Positions 23,621 through 37,500 of a stretch of DNA of 64,000 nt are shown one piece after another. The translations under genes were made by a program, and so were the position numbers. The stretch covers positions 9,300,001-9,364,000 of the forward strand of contig JBHGNT010000021.1 of assembly GCA_043228905.1 (NCBI GenBank), read 5' to 3'. The DNA comes from Azolla caroliniana (lineage: Eukaryota; Plantae; Polypodiophyta). Every line of letters begins with the position of its first letter. Position 1 is the stretch's first letter. The notes beneath the pieces were generated by a model. It had not been told where the DNA came from and ran no database searches. It worked only from the letters and a program-made list of their open reading frames with translations.

Positions 23621-25184
23621 TTACTCTCATCACCTCCTGCCAAGAAGAGAACTTGTCTTTACAGACGGTGAAGATAAGTATCCTAAATGAGGAGGCGCGT
23701 CAAAGAGACAAGGACTCGAACCCTGACTCAAAGGTGCTTTGTTGAGCATTGAAGTTAGATCCGAAGACCCGGCCATGCATATTCCTTGGTTATAGCAAAG
23801 ATGAGTTCGGCTACCGAGTCTAGGACCCGGTCGACCAGAAAGTATTCCGGAGTCGAGATATTATCTTCATGGAGGACAAGACGCTCGCCGACTGGGAGTC
23901 GGAGAAGAAGATAATGAACTCCGAGTCGACCAGTAAGGAAAAATTTTGATTTGACGAAATGCAGTTCCAACCGGCAAGAAGCCGGTTAGCACTCAATGAA
24001 CCGGCCGGTGACAAAACAGGCCGAAGAAGAAGGAATAGGTGAAACCTAAACCGAACAAGACGCCGAATCGGATTCGGATGAAGAGCAAATGGAGGAGCCG
24101 GTTACCGAAGCCCAAGGACGTAGATATCCTCTCAGAGAGAGAAAGTCCCCCGGAGATTTCCGGATCCAGAGCACGTGTTGCTAACCGATGCGGGGGAGCC
24201 AGAAAGCTTCGAGGAAGCTAAAAGTGACACCCATAGCCACAAATGGTTAAGTGCCATGCAGGATGAGATGGATTCCCTGGATGAGAACCACACGTACGAA
24301 TTGGTGGAGTTGCCGAAAGGAAAGCGGGCACTCCGAAACAAGTGGGTGTACAAGTTGAAACCGAGAGATGCCGGCAACCCCCCGAGATACAAAGCCAGGA
24401 TCGTGGTGAAGGGGTTCCAGTAGAAGAAGGGCATGGACTTCGATGAGATATTTGCCTCAGTAGTAAAGATGACTTCCATCTGGACGATGCTGAGTATAGC
24501 GGCAAGCATGAACCTCGAGGTAGAGCAGTTGGACGTGAAGACGGCATTCCTTCACGGTGACCTCGAAGAGGAGATCGAAGTATTCGTGGAGAAAGGGAAG
24601 GAGCACCTGGTTTGCCAGTTGAAGAAGAGCCTGTACGGATTGAAGCAAGCTCCCTGACAATGGTACCGAAAGTTTGAGTCCTTCATGAATGACCAAGGGT
24701 ATCACAAAACGCAAACCAATCACTATGTGTTTGTGAAGAAGTATGAAGGAGGCGACTTCCTGATACTCCTTTTGTACATGGACAACATGTTGATTGTCGG
24801 ACGGGACCAAGCCAAAATACGGATGCTGAAGAAGGCTCTCAACCAAACTTTCTCAATGAAAGACCCGGCAAGACAGATTCTGGGGATGCACATCATCCGG
24901 GACCGGTCAAAGAAGCAATTGTGGTTGTCACAGGAGAAATACGTGACAAAGGTGCTTCAGCGGTTCAACATGTTAGAAGTGAAACCGGTCAGATTGACAC
25001 TCTCGGCAAACTGCAAATTATTCATTAAGCAAAGGCCGAAGACGAAAGCAGAGAAGGTGGAGATGATGAAGGTTCCATACGCCTCTGCCGTCGGGAGCTT
25101 AATGTACGCAATGGTGCGTACTCGACCAGATATTGGATACGCAGTCGGAGTGGTGAGCCGTTTTATGAGCAATCTCGGCAAGTA

Positions 25185-25278
25185 GAGTAGTCCTTTTATG
25201 GGAGAGTTTGTTGGGCTAAAAGTCTCACTCTACCTATTGTACTCCTAGTATGAACACGTCCTCTAAGTTAGGGCTCAG
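25185..25278 (+). repeat. PPT and LTR stub related to the copia at 14087-14180
   Basis: GAGTAGTCCTTTTATGGGAGAGTTTGTTGGGC... resembles GAGTAGCCCTTTTACGGGGGAGTTTGTTGGC... Confidence 0.6.
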
Positions 25279-27306
25279 TTTCCCTAACTGTCTCAAGTAA
25301 TGCTTAATGGGGGAGTTACATCAGATATTGTCCTCACAAGATCCGTTCGTCAATGATGCCCCATTAGTCCATTGTTGTTTGCTATTGCTACTCATCCCTT
25401 GTTAGTGATGCTATCCAAGCTTGCAACAAATGGTGATATTGTGGGTCTAGACCTTCCGTCTGGAGGGCAACTAGTAGCACAAGCTTTGGCTGATGATTCT
25501 TTCATGTTTTGACAAGCCTCATGAGAGAATCTTGAGAAGGGGGTGCTTGTATGGAACCAATTTGCATTGGCTTCTGGATTACATATTAATTGGAGGAAGT
25601 CTAGTCTCATATCATGTACTCAAAAGGGATTTGGAATGTTTAGGATGGCAAGGATCCGTGGTGAAGAAAGGCTTTATTTTTCGACACTTGGGCTATCCAT
25701 TAGGAATGAATGTTACAAATGGTCAATTGATTGAATGGATGTCTAGTAAGTTGAGGGATAAGTTCATGTATTGGAAGTCACAAGCTTGGTCATTTCATGT
25801 ACGCTTGAAGGTTGTACAATGTATTATGGAACCCATGATATTATATTACTTGCCATTGTTGCCATGGACAAAGAAGGCTTTGCATTCTATTTTGCAACCT
25901 CTTCGATATTTGTTGTGGAAGAAGAGGGATAAGATGGGAATCACTTGGGTTGCATGGAATCCTCTAACAACCCCTAAGCGCTTGGGGGGAGCTGGAATAT
26001 TGAACTTATCTAAGCATATGATGGCTCGTAGATTTTCATTAGTACAAGATATATATTCAAAATCACAACCATGGATATCTATTGTTCAATATTTCATTGA
26101 GAACAAGCGTTTAACACATGGGAGGACAACGATTAAGGCTTCATGGTGGCAATTACTGAATGGATGTATTTCACTTAGGATTCCGGGCTCTACATGTGTT
26201 CAACACTTGGTTACCTCATGGCAAGAAGCACTCTTGTTATGTGTATGGAAACCATCATCTAGTAGAGAGGATTGTAATTCTTTGCAAAAAGAGTTGCTTG
26301 TGTCTTCTCGTTTATTATGATGGCTAGGAAAGGAGAGATTGCGCTCTCAATCTAATCGTTTGTTTCGTTTGGGGGTCAAAGAGGTGGGAGATATAGTTGA
26401 GGCTCCATCTCAAAGAATTTTGGAGTTTGCTAAAGCGCGACAATTATTACGCATTCCACCTAATTATGGGTTTATTTGGCAACAACTACAAAATATTGCA
26501 ATGATGCAAGGTCCCTTACCTCTACAAACAGGAGAAGAACCGTGGCTTGATTGGGTGTTAAAGGGTCAAACATCATTGTTACAAGTGACTATTAATCTTT
26601 TGTATCATTGCTCTAATGAGTCTCTTGGATGGTTATCATCTAAGGCTGAAGAAGAATGGAGATTACATAAATCTGATCATGGGTAGTGGCAGATCTTACA
26701 ACGTAGTGGCATTCTAAATTGCCACTTCTGGCAAAGGTCTTCATTTGGAGAGTTTTGATTGGAGGATTGCCTTTGGGATTAGCTCTAAAGCGTCGTGGAT
26801 TAGCAACGGGTAATTGTTTCTTTTGCACTGTTCAAATGGAAGATAGTACTCATCGATTTATACAATGTCTGATTGCTTGTCAGATTTAGAGTTACATTTC
26901 TCAAATTTGTCAAGTTTTATCACGGTGTTATTTGACACCTAAACAGTGGGTGTGTGCACAATTTACACAAGTTGACCCAAAATCAGAGATGGAGATCGTT
27001 TTTCTATTTCTGAGATATTGGGGATTGTGTCATAATTGGAATATGCGCAACGCTTTTGTATTCGACGGTAGACATGGAGTGAAAGCATATCTACGAAAAT
27101 TGAAGGGAGTACTAATGTGGCAAATTTTTTTATTGGAGCAAGTGGAAATTCTTTCCTCGATGGAGTGTTCGTCTTGCCTATTAGCAATTCAACATGTTCC
27201 ACTACCCATGTAGTGTAGTTAATGGGTGACCATACTCCATTGTCATACCTATTGTAAGTAGTGTTTTTTACACACATTTATTAATATAATTGTGTGTTTT
27301 TGCCAA
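25279..27306 (+). mobile_element. 5'-truncated L1-clade LINE (RT C-terminal half plus zf-RVT), pseudogenised
   Basis: VMLNGG...RSVRQ*CPISPLLF...ADD, ASGLHINWRKS, HLGYPLG, VAWNPLTTPKRLGGAGI, CFFC...HRF..C. Its 3' end matches the copy at 47299. Confidence 0.85.
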
Positions 27307-27529
27307 AGAGTTAGAGAGAGAGAGAGAAAGAAAGATATATTAACGTCTTCTAAGGCCAAATTGGCCCATGAGACAAATGGTTTACAACAAAAAATGGGAT
27401 ATTTACCCATTTATCGAAAGTAAAAAATAAAAATAAAAATAGAGTTTTAAGCTAAATAGTTCTAGTAAAATAACAAACATGTTCTATATAAAAAACATGG
27501 TCTACAATGAAAATGATGTTATATAGGCC

Positions 27530-29577
27530 TAATTTCATTTCCATCCAAGTCTCTCGAAGAGAAGCGGGAGGTCAAAGGGTTACGATGTGGATGTGGCCCG
27601 TGGTCCCAATGTAAAAGGTACCCCAACCCTAGCTTCTAGTCGACGTAGCTCACGTTCCCTTATCTTCTTAATCTTCTCTACTCCGTGTCAACTTGTTTTG
27701 AAGCCCAACATCCGAGGGTGTTTGGTTGTTCTTTGCATTTCGGCTTGCTCAAGAGATAGGCCGAGCGGCGTAAGTGTATCCACATTCATCGTCTCCCCTT
27801 GTTCCTGAAAAATTACACTAGTTACAAGTTGATGAATAGTAAAAGGGTTAAGGTTAACACTTTGTAATTTATTCTCCCTATGTTGTTTTAGCTCTAAGAT
27901 ATACCTACCTAGTCTCTTTACATCCGGGGTATCAAATAGTTTGGAGAGAGTGGGAGAGGGTCCTAATATGTCTTGGTATTCCACTCGTATCTCGGCATAA
28001 GTTGGGCATTTGCATGTGAAGTGATACTCATCCTCTATCTCTATGTGGCACAACCTACATAGCCTTTCCTCTCTAGGGACTCTATTAGCCCGACCATTCT
28101 CAATCTCAAGTTGGTGAGATGATATCCTAAGTTGTCCAATGGCCATGCTTAGTGCATTTGATAAGAATGTATCTAGATATCTTGGTCATGTAATAAAACC
28201 TAACTGAGAGAAGTGCAAGAAGTGTTCCTTATAGTACAACATTTTAGATGGGAGTGGCTCTCGTGGGGTGATCCATTTATATCGAGTGTAAATTTGCCAT
28301 ATTTCTTGGCGTATGACTTTATTACGGTCTTCATGAGATATTAGAGTTTGATCAGTCCCATGTTTGTACTTAAGGGGGGGTAGGTTATTAATGTCTATGC
28401 CGTTTGCAAGTAACCAACTCACCACAGTGCTATACCAAGAGCTAGTGTCTCCAGACGCATGTAGGGATCGGGATGCCTCAAAGGCTCGACCGGATATCCT
28501 ATCTTGTGGTTGGCTATGTATCCGATGAATAAAAACTACCACTTGAAAAAGTGCTTCGACTAACATTGGGGGCAGATTGAACTCTGCTCTAATAATGTCA
28601 TGTGGTACTGTCGATTTGCTTCGGAGTTGACGTAATAACATCGTCACCAAAGGTCTCTCTAATTGCGTCCACATGAAAGATGGTAGACCTAGAGCCCATA
28701 CTACTGATGCATACATGAGGGAAGGGGTCACTAGTGAGTCGAAGAGCCATCCCTTAGTCTGTGGTTCTTGAAAGTATGCTTGGTGGCATTGTCTCTCTAA
28801 GAGTGAGAGGGATGCATACCCTCTCGTTAGCCTATCTTTGGCTACCCGAGTCACTGAGAATTTACCTAAGCAAGCACTAAAAGTGACTCCCAACTATACA
28901 TATGATCCAACTACCTCAACTAGTTTATGAGAGAGGATTAGGTGACATTTACTCCTAACTCGGGATGATGTATGAAAAAGGACTTTAGTTTTCACTAGAT
29001 TCACTACCGGTCCTCATTGTGTACAAAAGTCATCTAGGGCATTAAGATGCTTTTGTAGGTCATGTTCTGACTCCGAGAGCAAGACAATGTCGTTTGAGTA
29101 GAGTAAGAGACTAACTTACGTATCCCCAATAGCTACTCCCTTGCCTCCCTTACGAGCAATAAAATCAGTGATCTCATCAATGTAGATCCCAAAAAGAGTC
29201 GGTGATAGGGGGCAAACCTGTTTTATACCGATGGTGCTAGTGAAACAATCAGATAGGCCACCTAGGCATCTTACGCACCCAGAGACTTGCTCATATAGGG
29301 CATAAATGGCCCAGATCATGTCGTTTGGTATCTCCAAGCTCTTAAGTCTATCAAACAACTTCTCCCTAGGAACTGTGTCAAAGGATTTACGGAAGTCCAC
29401 AAAGTAACAATATAGTTTCTTCTTACAAGCCTTCGCCTGGTCAATTAAGCACCTAAGTGTGAAGATATGGTCAATAGTGGAGAAGGCTCATCTAAAGCCA
29501 GCCTACTTAGGTGCTCGAGGACTTAATGTTTCCATATAATCGCTGAGCTCTGCTTCCATTACCGCACCATATAGTTT
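27530..29577 (-). mobile_element. LINE ORF2 3' part (RT plus C-terminal zinc motif), RTEX-like, pseudogenised
   Basis: AGFR..STIDHIF, FVDFRKSFDTV, IKQVCPLSPTLF, LLYSNDIV, and C-terminal LRISSHQLEIENGR...REERLCRLC..IEDEYHFTCKC. The clade call is from motif recollection. Confidence 0.8.
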
Positions 29578-30124
29578 AGGGTGGAAGCACGCTACGGTGT
29601 ACCACAAAAGTACTGTTTTTGGCCACAAAAAATATCAGTCCTTTCGATATTGTTAGTACTAAATAATTGAGAAAAAAAAATCGATTTTGGGGAGTGGGGT
29701 GAGTGTAGTACAAGTGTCATTTAAGACGAGTGGGGGGGAACACGTGAGGAGATGTTCTTTCCATTTTGGGGGCTATTCTCCCCTCACGTGGTTTTTTGCA
29801 CTTCCCCTCAAACCAACTCCTCTTACTCCTCTTCCTCTATCTCTCTGAGCTCTTCATCTCAAACATCCATGTCAGGTTTCTGGTTTTCCTCCAATCTAAG
29901 AGGTTTGTTAGGGTTTAGGGAGCATATCTCAGACATCCATATCAGGTTTCTGGTTTTGAGTTGAGGATTTCTGGTTTTGTTAGGGTTTCTGTTTTAGGGT
30001 TTGAGTTGAATATTAGAGATTGTTCAGAGGCCTCTTATAACAGCCAATAGTGACTTCTTCGAGAACGATTTTCTTACTTCTTCCACCGATTGCAGTTTAT
30101 CTCGCGGTGATTTGAGGATTTTTT

Positions 30125-30376
30125 CCACCGAATCGAGGCGGCATATCACATAGATTCAAGGCTCCCTCCACCATTGGAGGTTCCTTCCACCAAATCGAGG
30201 CGGCATATCACAGAGATTCAAGGCTCCCTCCACCATTGGAGGTTCCTTCCACCAAATCGAGGCGGCATATCACACAGATTCAATGCTCCCTCCACCATTG
30301 GAGGTTCCTTCCACCAAATCAAGGCGGCATATCACACAGATTCAACGCTCCCTCCACCATTGGAGGTTCCTTCCAT
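30125..30376. repeat. Tandem repeat, 4 x 62 bp, each with a CCTCCA-CCAT-TGGAGG hairpin
   Basis: Units start at 30125, 30187, 30249 and 30311. Confidence 0.9.
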
Positions 30377-30991
30377 CTTTTTTTTCATTTTCAATACTAA
30401 ATTTTTTCATTTTTAGAAATTTGTGAATAAAGAAATGATAATTGTCATCTTTGATCCATAATTCTAATGTCCGAAACGAATTATTTCTCACTTTGCAGGC
30501 CGCATTTAAAAACATTTGACTATGATTTTTTAGTGTAGTCTATATAACATTAACTACTCTCACAAGACAGTTAATTTTTTTGGATAAATCTAGTGACCAA
30601 ATGGGGATCCCCAACGAGAGTGAGTTGTCAAGTAGCTCATGTATATCTGAAAGGACCAAGAGACGAGTGGTTCTTCACATAGTTTGTTATTTGGTAAAAA
30701 TAACGAAGAGATTTGGTGAAGAGGATCGTAGGGATATTATATGTAGAGTGTTACACCATCAACGCTTGAATGAAGACATAGGGAGAACAAAATTTAGGGA
30801 CCAATGTGTTTCAGAAGAGATTGTAGAGTCTATGAAGTCATCCCTAGACTTAGTGAAAGGTGTAGAGAGCATAGACAAACTTGCTGCAAAGAGGGCAACC
30901 CTACACATGGTTGTGCACGGTGCGAGAGAAAAAAAATATAGTGATACTAAAGTTGCCTTAGCCGTGGGTATTCAAAGAAGGAACTTGAGGA

Positions 30992-31652
30992 AACATCACC
31001 AAAATATACACTCAATCCAATTCAAGTGGCTGGGGTTGGGACGTAGACGACGATGCGATGCCTTATCTCAAGAGATTATTAAGAAAGTGGATTCATTTTG
31101 GGCAAAAAATATGCGTGTCTCACCAAATAAGAAGGACGTGTGTAGACAACGAATAAGTCAAGGTAAATACCAGATTCACCCTAGACACTTCTTGGAGATG
31201 ACGGAGGTATTCCATTTTTTTATATCAATTCACATTCCATAAATTTTTGTTTTGACCAAGTGTATATTAATGTTTGCTATATATATTGGTTGATGTAGGC
31301 TGAATTGTACATGAACTTTGAAGACCAACATCACCAAAATATACACTCAATCCAATTCAAGTGGTTGGGGTTGGGACGTAGACGACGATGTGATGCCTTA
31401 TCTCAAGAGATTATTAAGAAAGTGGATTCATTTTGGGCAAAAAATACGCGTGTCTCACCAAATAAGAAGGACGTGTGTAGACAACGAATAAGTCAGGGTA
31501 AATACCAGATTCACCCTAGACACTTCTTGGAGATGACGGAGGTATTCCATTTTTTTATATCAATTCACATTCCATAAATTTTTGTTTTGACTAGTGTATA
31601 TTAATGTTTGCTATATATATTGGTTGATGTAAGCTTAATTGTACATGAACTT
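30992..31652 (+). repeat. Tandem duplication (335-bp period) of a transposase exon plus intron
   Basis: AACATCACCAAAATATACAC... starts at both 30992 and 31327. The peptide is repeated in ORFs 30580-31242 and 31305-31577. Confidence 0.9.
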
Positions 31653-31703
31653 TAAATTTTTGTTTTGACCAAGTGTATATTAATGTTTGCTATATATATT
31701 GGT

Positions 31704-32337
31704 GTATTGTATTGTGTGTTGTATTTGTACTAAATCAGTATTTATTGAAGGATGTAAAGTACTCGTCTTGTACTCATAGTACTGTCCTATATTGAAGAGT
31801 TTGTACTAATTATCTTTTAATCCATGTTGAGTGTTCTCCATAGACACATTGTATTGTATTGTGTGTTGTATTTGTACTAAATCAGTATTTATTAAAGGAT
31901 GTAAAGTACATGTCTTGTACTCATAGTACTGTCCTATATTGAAGAGTTTGTACTAATTATCTTTTAATCCATGTTGTGTTCTCCATGAACACATTGTACC
32001 GTACTGTGTGTTTTATCTGTACTAAATCAGTATTAATGGTTGTAAAGTACTTGTCGTCAGCAACATAGTATTGTCCAATATTGAAGAGTTTGTAGGAATT
32101 ATCTTTTAATACATGTAGAGTGTTTTCCATGAACACATTGTACTATGCTTTGTGTTGTATCCGTACTAAATTAGTATTAATGGATGTTAAGTATTGTTGG
32201 TTGACAACATAGTACTATTTATCTTTTAATCAGTGTAGAGTGTTCTCCATGGATACGTTGTGCTATGATTTGTTTTGTATTTGTACTAAATCAGTATTAA
32301 TGGATGTATAGTACTCTCGATTGACAACATAGTACTA
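31704..32337. repeat. Degenerate ~125-145-bp intronic tandem repeats (4-5 units)
   Basis: Recurrent TGTACTAAATCAGTATT...CATAGTACT...ATCTTTTAAT...TTCTCCAT. Confidence 0.75.
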
Positions 32338-33748
32338 ATGTTTGTTGGAAACCTGGGATACAAAAGCAGGTACTTCTCCTTATTCAACATTCGTATGCAA
32401 TGGAACTACTTTGGGTCTGGACATGGAAAAGGAGAGCATGATGGCGCGGGGGTTGTGATCAAACGTGCCCTTACAAGTGAGCAGTTGGATAATAATGGTG
32501 CTAAGTTACAAAATGCACATGATGTTGTGGAGTGGCTAACAGGGAAGATGTCAAATGATGGTAAGAACAGATTGTTTGTTGAGGTTCGCGCTGATAAGCT
32601 CGATAGAACTAAATCATATGGTTGTAAAATCGTGAAAGGCACACGAAGCACCCATTGTGTATTAGGGTTTAGCCCAATGACACAACACAATTGTAACTCC
32701 GTACTTTATCGTGCTTTTGTTCCATGTGTATAGATGAAGCTTGGGATAAATGCATCAATCTATCAATCGTGGAGCCGTGGAAGCTGTAGAAGCTTGAGCC
32801 TGAACGACAAGATGATATTGAAGAGGATGCACATTCAAACGATATTGTATACTACAACCAACATCAAGACTTGGCAATTTTATTGGAAGTTGGAGATCAT
32901 TTTGTGGTGCTCAAATCTCCTCAGAATGAAGATTTAGAAGACTACTACATTGTGGTGTGCAAGCAAGGAAAGACATTATTGAAAGAAGTGGTGAGGGATG
33001 GCTGGGGCAACATGTTCAACGTTGGTGAGTCTATCGTGTATGGAAACTATTATGCAAAGTTTCTGTAGTGCAAGAACACATATGCATTACTAAAAGATGC
33101 ACCCATCGCAATAATCTACATTGTTGCCATTCTTGCGACCGAGTTCTATATGACTCAAGCAAAGCACAAGGTTAAGGGATACAACACTATCTACAAGGTC
33201 CCCCAAGAGGTTCATGAGCAATATTAGGGGAGGTCTCTCTGTTTAATGCTTGAAAGTTACCCTATTAATACATTGTAGTTAGCAACTGAAAAACATCCGC
33301 TTGTAGTTCACTATTTGATGTATTGATATATTAATTTTGATGATTGACAAATGAATCGATATATTTTGTCTTTCTTCTAAAGTGTTTAGAGTATTTATTG
33401 AGCTTGTTTTGTAAGTGTTCATGGTAATTATAGAGTTGCTTGTTTCTATGGTTTAGGGTGTGAAGTCTTCAATGCTTAGTAGCATCAACATGGCCCAAAC
33501 TTATTCAACTATCAATACCAGTAGTCTAATCCCTATTGTGTTAAGTCTCTATTCGACTCTGACTATGTGCACTCAAGGAGACCATACTTCAAGTATCAAT
33601 ATACATATTAGTTTAGTACTAAGGTCAATTGTAAGTGTTCACTAATACATAGTAGTCTCCCGAAGTATCTCAGTTAGACGGATACATACATCTTCTTTTA
33701 GTACTAATATGAATGTCAAATTGTTCCCTACTACATTCATGGTTGCAT

Positions 33749-34547
33749 GACAAATTGACAATAGAATACATTCTCATTCTCTACAATTAGCAATATAGAA
33801 TTTTATTTGTAATCAACACAATCATGGCTACATGACAATTGACAATAGAATACATTCTCATTCTCTACAATTAGCAATATAGAATTTCACATTACACTAC
33901 AACACTAGATGAGTGATCTGATCTTCACAGGGGCAATTTAGACAGTATGTTGGTAACAATTCAGTTGTAGTTCAACACAATCATGGTTGCATGACAATTA
34001 ACAATAGAATACATTCTCATTCTCTGCAATTGGCAATATAGAATTTCACATTACGTTAACAACACTAGATGAGTGAATTGGAGTCAGTACAACATTTCAC
34101 ATTAGCAATTTAGACAGTATTTTGGTATACCAAATAGTTCAAGTTCAGACATCACTAACAGTTCAGCTATAGTTCAAGTACAATCGAAAGACAATCAGGC
34201 ACCATTTCACAATTTCGCCGATCTTGTAATGTGCTTGTTATTGGTGCCAATTTTTTGTGATTTTACATTTTTCTTTATCTTAAAGCCTTTAGGTATCAGC
34301 TTACTAAGTGGCACTTCATCATCTCACATTAGCAATTTAGACAATATTTTGGTATACCAAATAGTTCAAGTTCAGACATCACTAACAGTTCAACTATAGT
34401 TCAAGTACAATCGAAAGACAATCAGCACCATTTCACAATTTCGCCGATCTTGTAATGCACTTGTTATTGGTGCCAGTTTTCTGTGATTTTACATTCTTCT
34501 TTATCTTAAAGCCTTTAGGTATCAACTTACTACGTGGCACTTCATCA
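33749..34547. repeat. Local duplications (~90-230 bp)
   Basis: GACAATAGAATACATTCTCATTCTCT occurs three times, and 34097-34322 is duplicated at ~34325-34547. Confidence 0.75.
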
Positions 34548-37500
34548 TCAGAGGCATCAGAGATAGGTGTGGATGTACAGGCACCTTGTACCAATGGCAA
34601 GCTTGAGAGAGAAACTGTGTTTTCTACAACTACAATGCTTGTACACACATCCACAAAGGTACTATTGATAGTCAAATTATCACTCATCTGTATGTGGGCT
34701 ATTTTAGTACTCATGTTGTTGCTAGTATGCTCATTCTCAGTACAATTAGGCTCCCGTATGTGGGCTATAGCAGTACTCATGGTGAACTCCTCTTGGCTGG
34801 TGATAGTCACCTCATTCTTCAGACCACTGTGCTCTCCTTCTTGGGTGGTCTTTATTGCCCTATCATCATCGGTGATCGTAGTATACTCGTTCTTAGTACA
34901 ATTAGACTCCTGTATGTGGGTTGTGGCAGTACTCATGGTCAACTCCTCTTGTACGGTGGTTGTCACCTCATTCTTAAGACAACCGTGCTCCCCTTCTTGG
35001 GTGGTCTTTATTGCCTAGTCCTCATGGGTGATGCTAGTATGCTCGTTCTCAATACAATCAGGCTCCTCTTCATTTCTAGCTATATTCTTTCCACACTCCT
35101 CATGGGCTTCTATAGACACTACTAGCATATTCTCAATACAATCAAGCTCCTCTTCAGTACTAGCAATATTCTTTCCACACTCCTCATGGGATTCTTTAGA
35201 CGCTACTAGCACATTCTCAGTACAATCACACTCCTCTTCAGTACTAGTGATATTCTTTCCACACTCCTCATGGGCTTCTTTAGACAAATTGTTGTTTGTA
35301 CATGCCAGCTGCTCTTCAAATATGAATGCTTCCTGTTTTTAATAGCCCTCATGTTTGGAAGATGTGCTCCCAGAGTTTGCCTCCATGCAAAGGTTAATCC
35401 CAGAATCTGACTCTGCACTTGTGCTCCATATAGTTCCTAATTCATTTGATTGCAGTTGGGAATCAGACTGCTCTTGTAAACCTAAATAATGGGATTCCAA
35501 AGAATATTAGTATCAACTCACATACTCAAAAGTTTGCAAACATACCAACAACAATGAACATAAGGTTAATAGCTAGATTTTTACCTATTGTTACATCATC
35601 ATACTATACAGCCGTAGACAACCCATTGCAAGTGGTAGGCTCGGTCATCTTCTCCACAACATCTAAGTCTTCAACAGGTTGGAGCTCATTGTCAATAGAA
35701 GATTTCATAATAGTATCTATAGAATGCACCAAAAGCACCACTATAATAGGGTTGTTATGATCTAAATCATTGTTTTCTTAGAGGGCTTCTGACATGTACC
35801 TGGGAGTGTGATAAATTCGTCTTCATGATCAGGTTTTGGACTCGTATCTCCCTCACCAAAGATCATTTTGTCATCAGCTAGTAACACAAGTACATGGTAT
35901 TAGACAATGCATTAGGTTGACAACTCTCCGGACATGTGAGAACATATATGAGTCACCATTGCATTCAACTTTGCCTTTCTTGCCCTTTCCATACAACTTT
36001 CTTGTAGCATTCCTCTTCTTAGTGGGCTCTTTTTTAAAGACATTAGGCATTCAACATACACACAAATGAGAATATAGATATGCTAACTCAATTTGTGTTA
36101 CCTAGATTGTTTTGATGTTGACCGGAGCTTGGGGAATTTGTTTGTAGAAGCATATGTTCCACTGCTCCAATGGGCCTTCTATACATTCATCTTCATCATA
36201 AAACTCATAGGTTACTGGTAATGATGGTCCCCGAACCTTGGAATGTGCAGCAGATACCGAGGGTTTAGGCACAAGGGCTGGTTGTTCCATTACCTTCCCT
36301 GGAGTGGAGTTGCTTGACACTACAACATTCATTGCAAGAAACAAAAAAACCTTCAACGTTAGTACCGTGATATAAAAAATACAATGTAGGTCACAAGAAC
36401 TGCATTACTAAATCATTAGGCTACACCTGGTTCCCATATTACACATCTAGTATTAATCGTGAACAATGTATTACTCACTTAGCTCCCAAATTACACAACT
36501 ACTACTAATCATGAACAATGTACTACTCACTTAGTTCCCAAATTACACAACTAGTACTAATCATCAACAATTTACTACTCAGTTCCCAAATTACACAACT
36601 AGTACTAATCGTCAACAATGTACTACAAGTATAGTGTGTACTAACACTAGTACTAGGCACGTTGTAATATAGATTGGACTAACATCTAATCCAACAAATG
36701 TAGATTGGACTTTAGTACTAACGTGGTATTTTGCACACAAGTAATACTAAATGTGATATGTGTTCTACACACCTAATTACATAACTAGTACTAATTACAC
36801 CAACAGTATTAGTACTAAATGTGATATGTGTTTAACACACCTCATTTCCAAATTACACAAATTGTACTAATCTTCAGCAATTTACTATACTCCTTGTTCC
36901 CAAATTACATAACTAGTACTAATCGTGAACAATGTACTACACAACTAATTCTCAAATTACACAAATAGTACTAATAGTCAACAGTGTACTGCAAGTATAG
37001 TGTGTACTAAACTAGTACTAGGCAAGTTGTAATATAGATTAGACGAACAACTTATCCAACAAATACATCTAAACAGCTTCCTTCTTTAGTACTAAAGTGG
37101 TATTTTGCATACAAATAGTACTAATCATGATATGTGTTCTACACTCCTAATTCCCAAATTACACGTTTAGTATTAATTGTTCATAGTGTACTACATACCT
37201 TGTGCTCAAATTACATAACTAGTACCAATCCCGAACAATGTCACACTTGGTCCCCAAATTACTCAAATAGTACTAATTTTGGAAAATATCCGTTCAACTA
37301 CCCATACCAATTATATATTAAGAGTACTGCCAATACTAACCCACATAAATAGGGTTCCACATATTAGTTGTTGGAGCTACACTAGTACTAATCCATTGTT
37401 TTCCTAAATTTGAAGTATGAATTGTGGTGTACACTAGTTCTAATCCAAATGTAAATTGACATCATATAATACAAACAATAGAATAGTAGAGCCACATACC

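Larger units (their letters stand above)
17165..25182 (+). mobile_element. Older, internally deleted Ty1/copia element interrupted by a younger copia
   Basis: LTR 17165-17737 (TGTTGG...TATCA), PBS TGGTATCAGAGC at 17741-17752 and gag from ATG 17766. Gag resumes at 23626, jumps to the integrase C-terminus (CIFLGY), then RT (KWVYKLK, YKARIVVKGF, LDVKTAFLHG, LLYMDNM). It lacks its own 3' LTR. Confidence 0.85.
30601..33280 (+). pseudogene. Intron-containing Sola2-like transposase remnant
   Basis: WNYFGSGHGKGEHDGAGVVIKR (HGKG..DG.G..KR catalytic-region motif), LSCFC..C...W..C.N, and N-terminal RVSPNKKDV...HPRHFLE with a GT-AG intron at ~31208-31298. Stops and frameshifts are present. Confidence 0.6.

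Noticed and set aside
30125-30376. CRISPR-like array
   Set aside because: Whole units are repeated with no unique spacers, the context is eukaryotic, and there are no cas genes.
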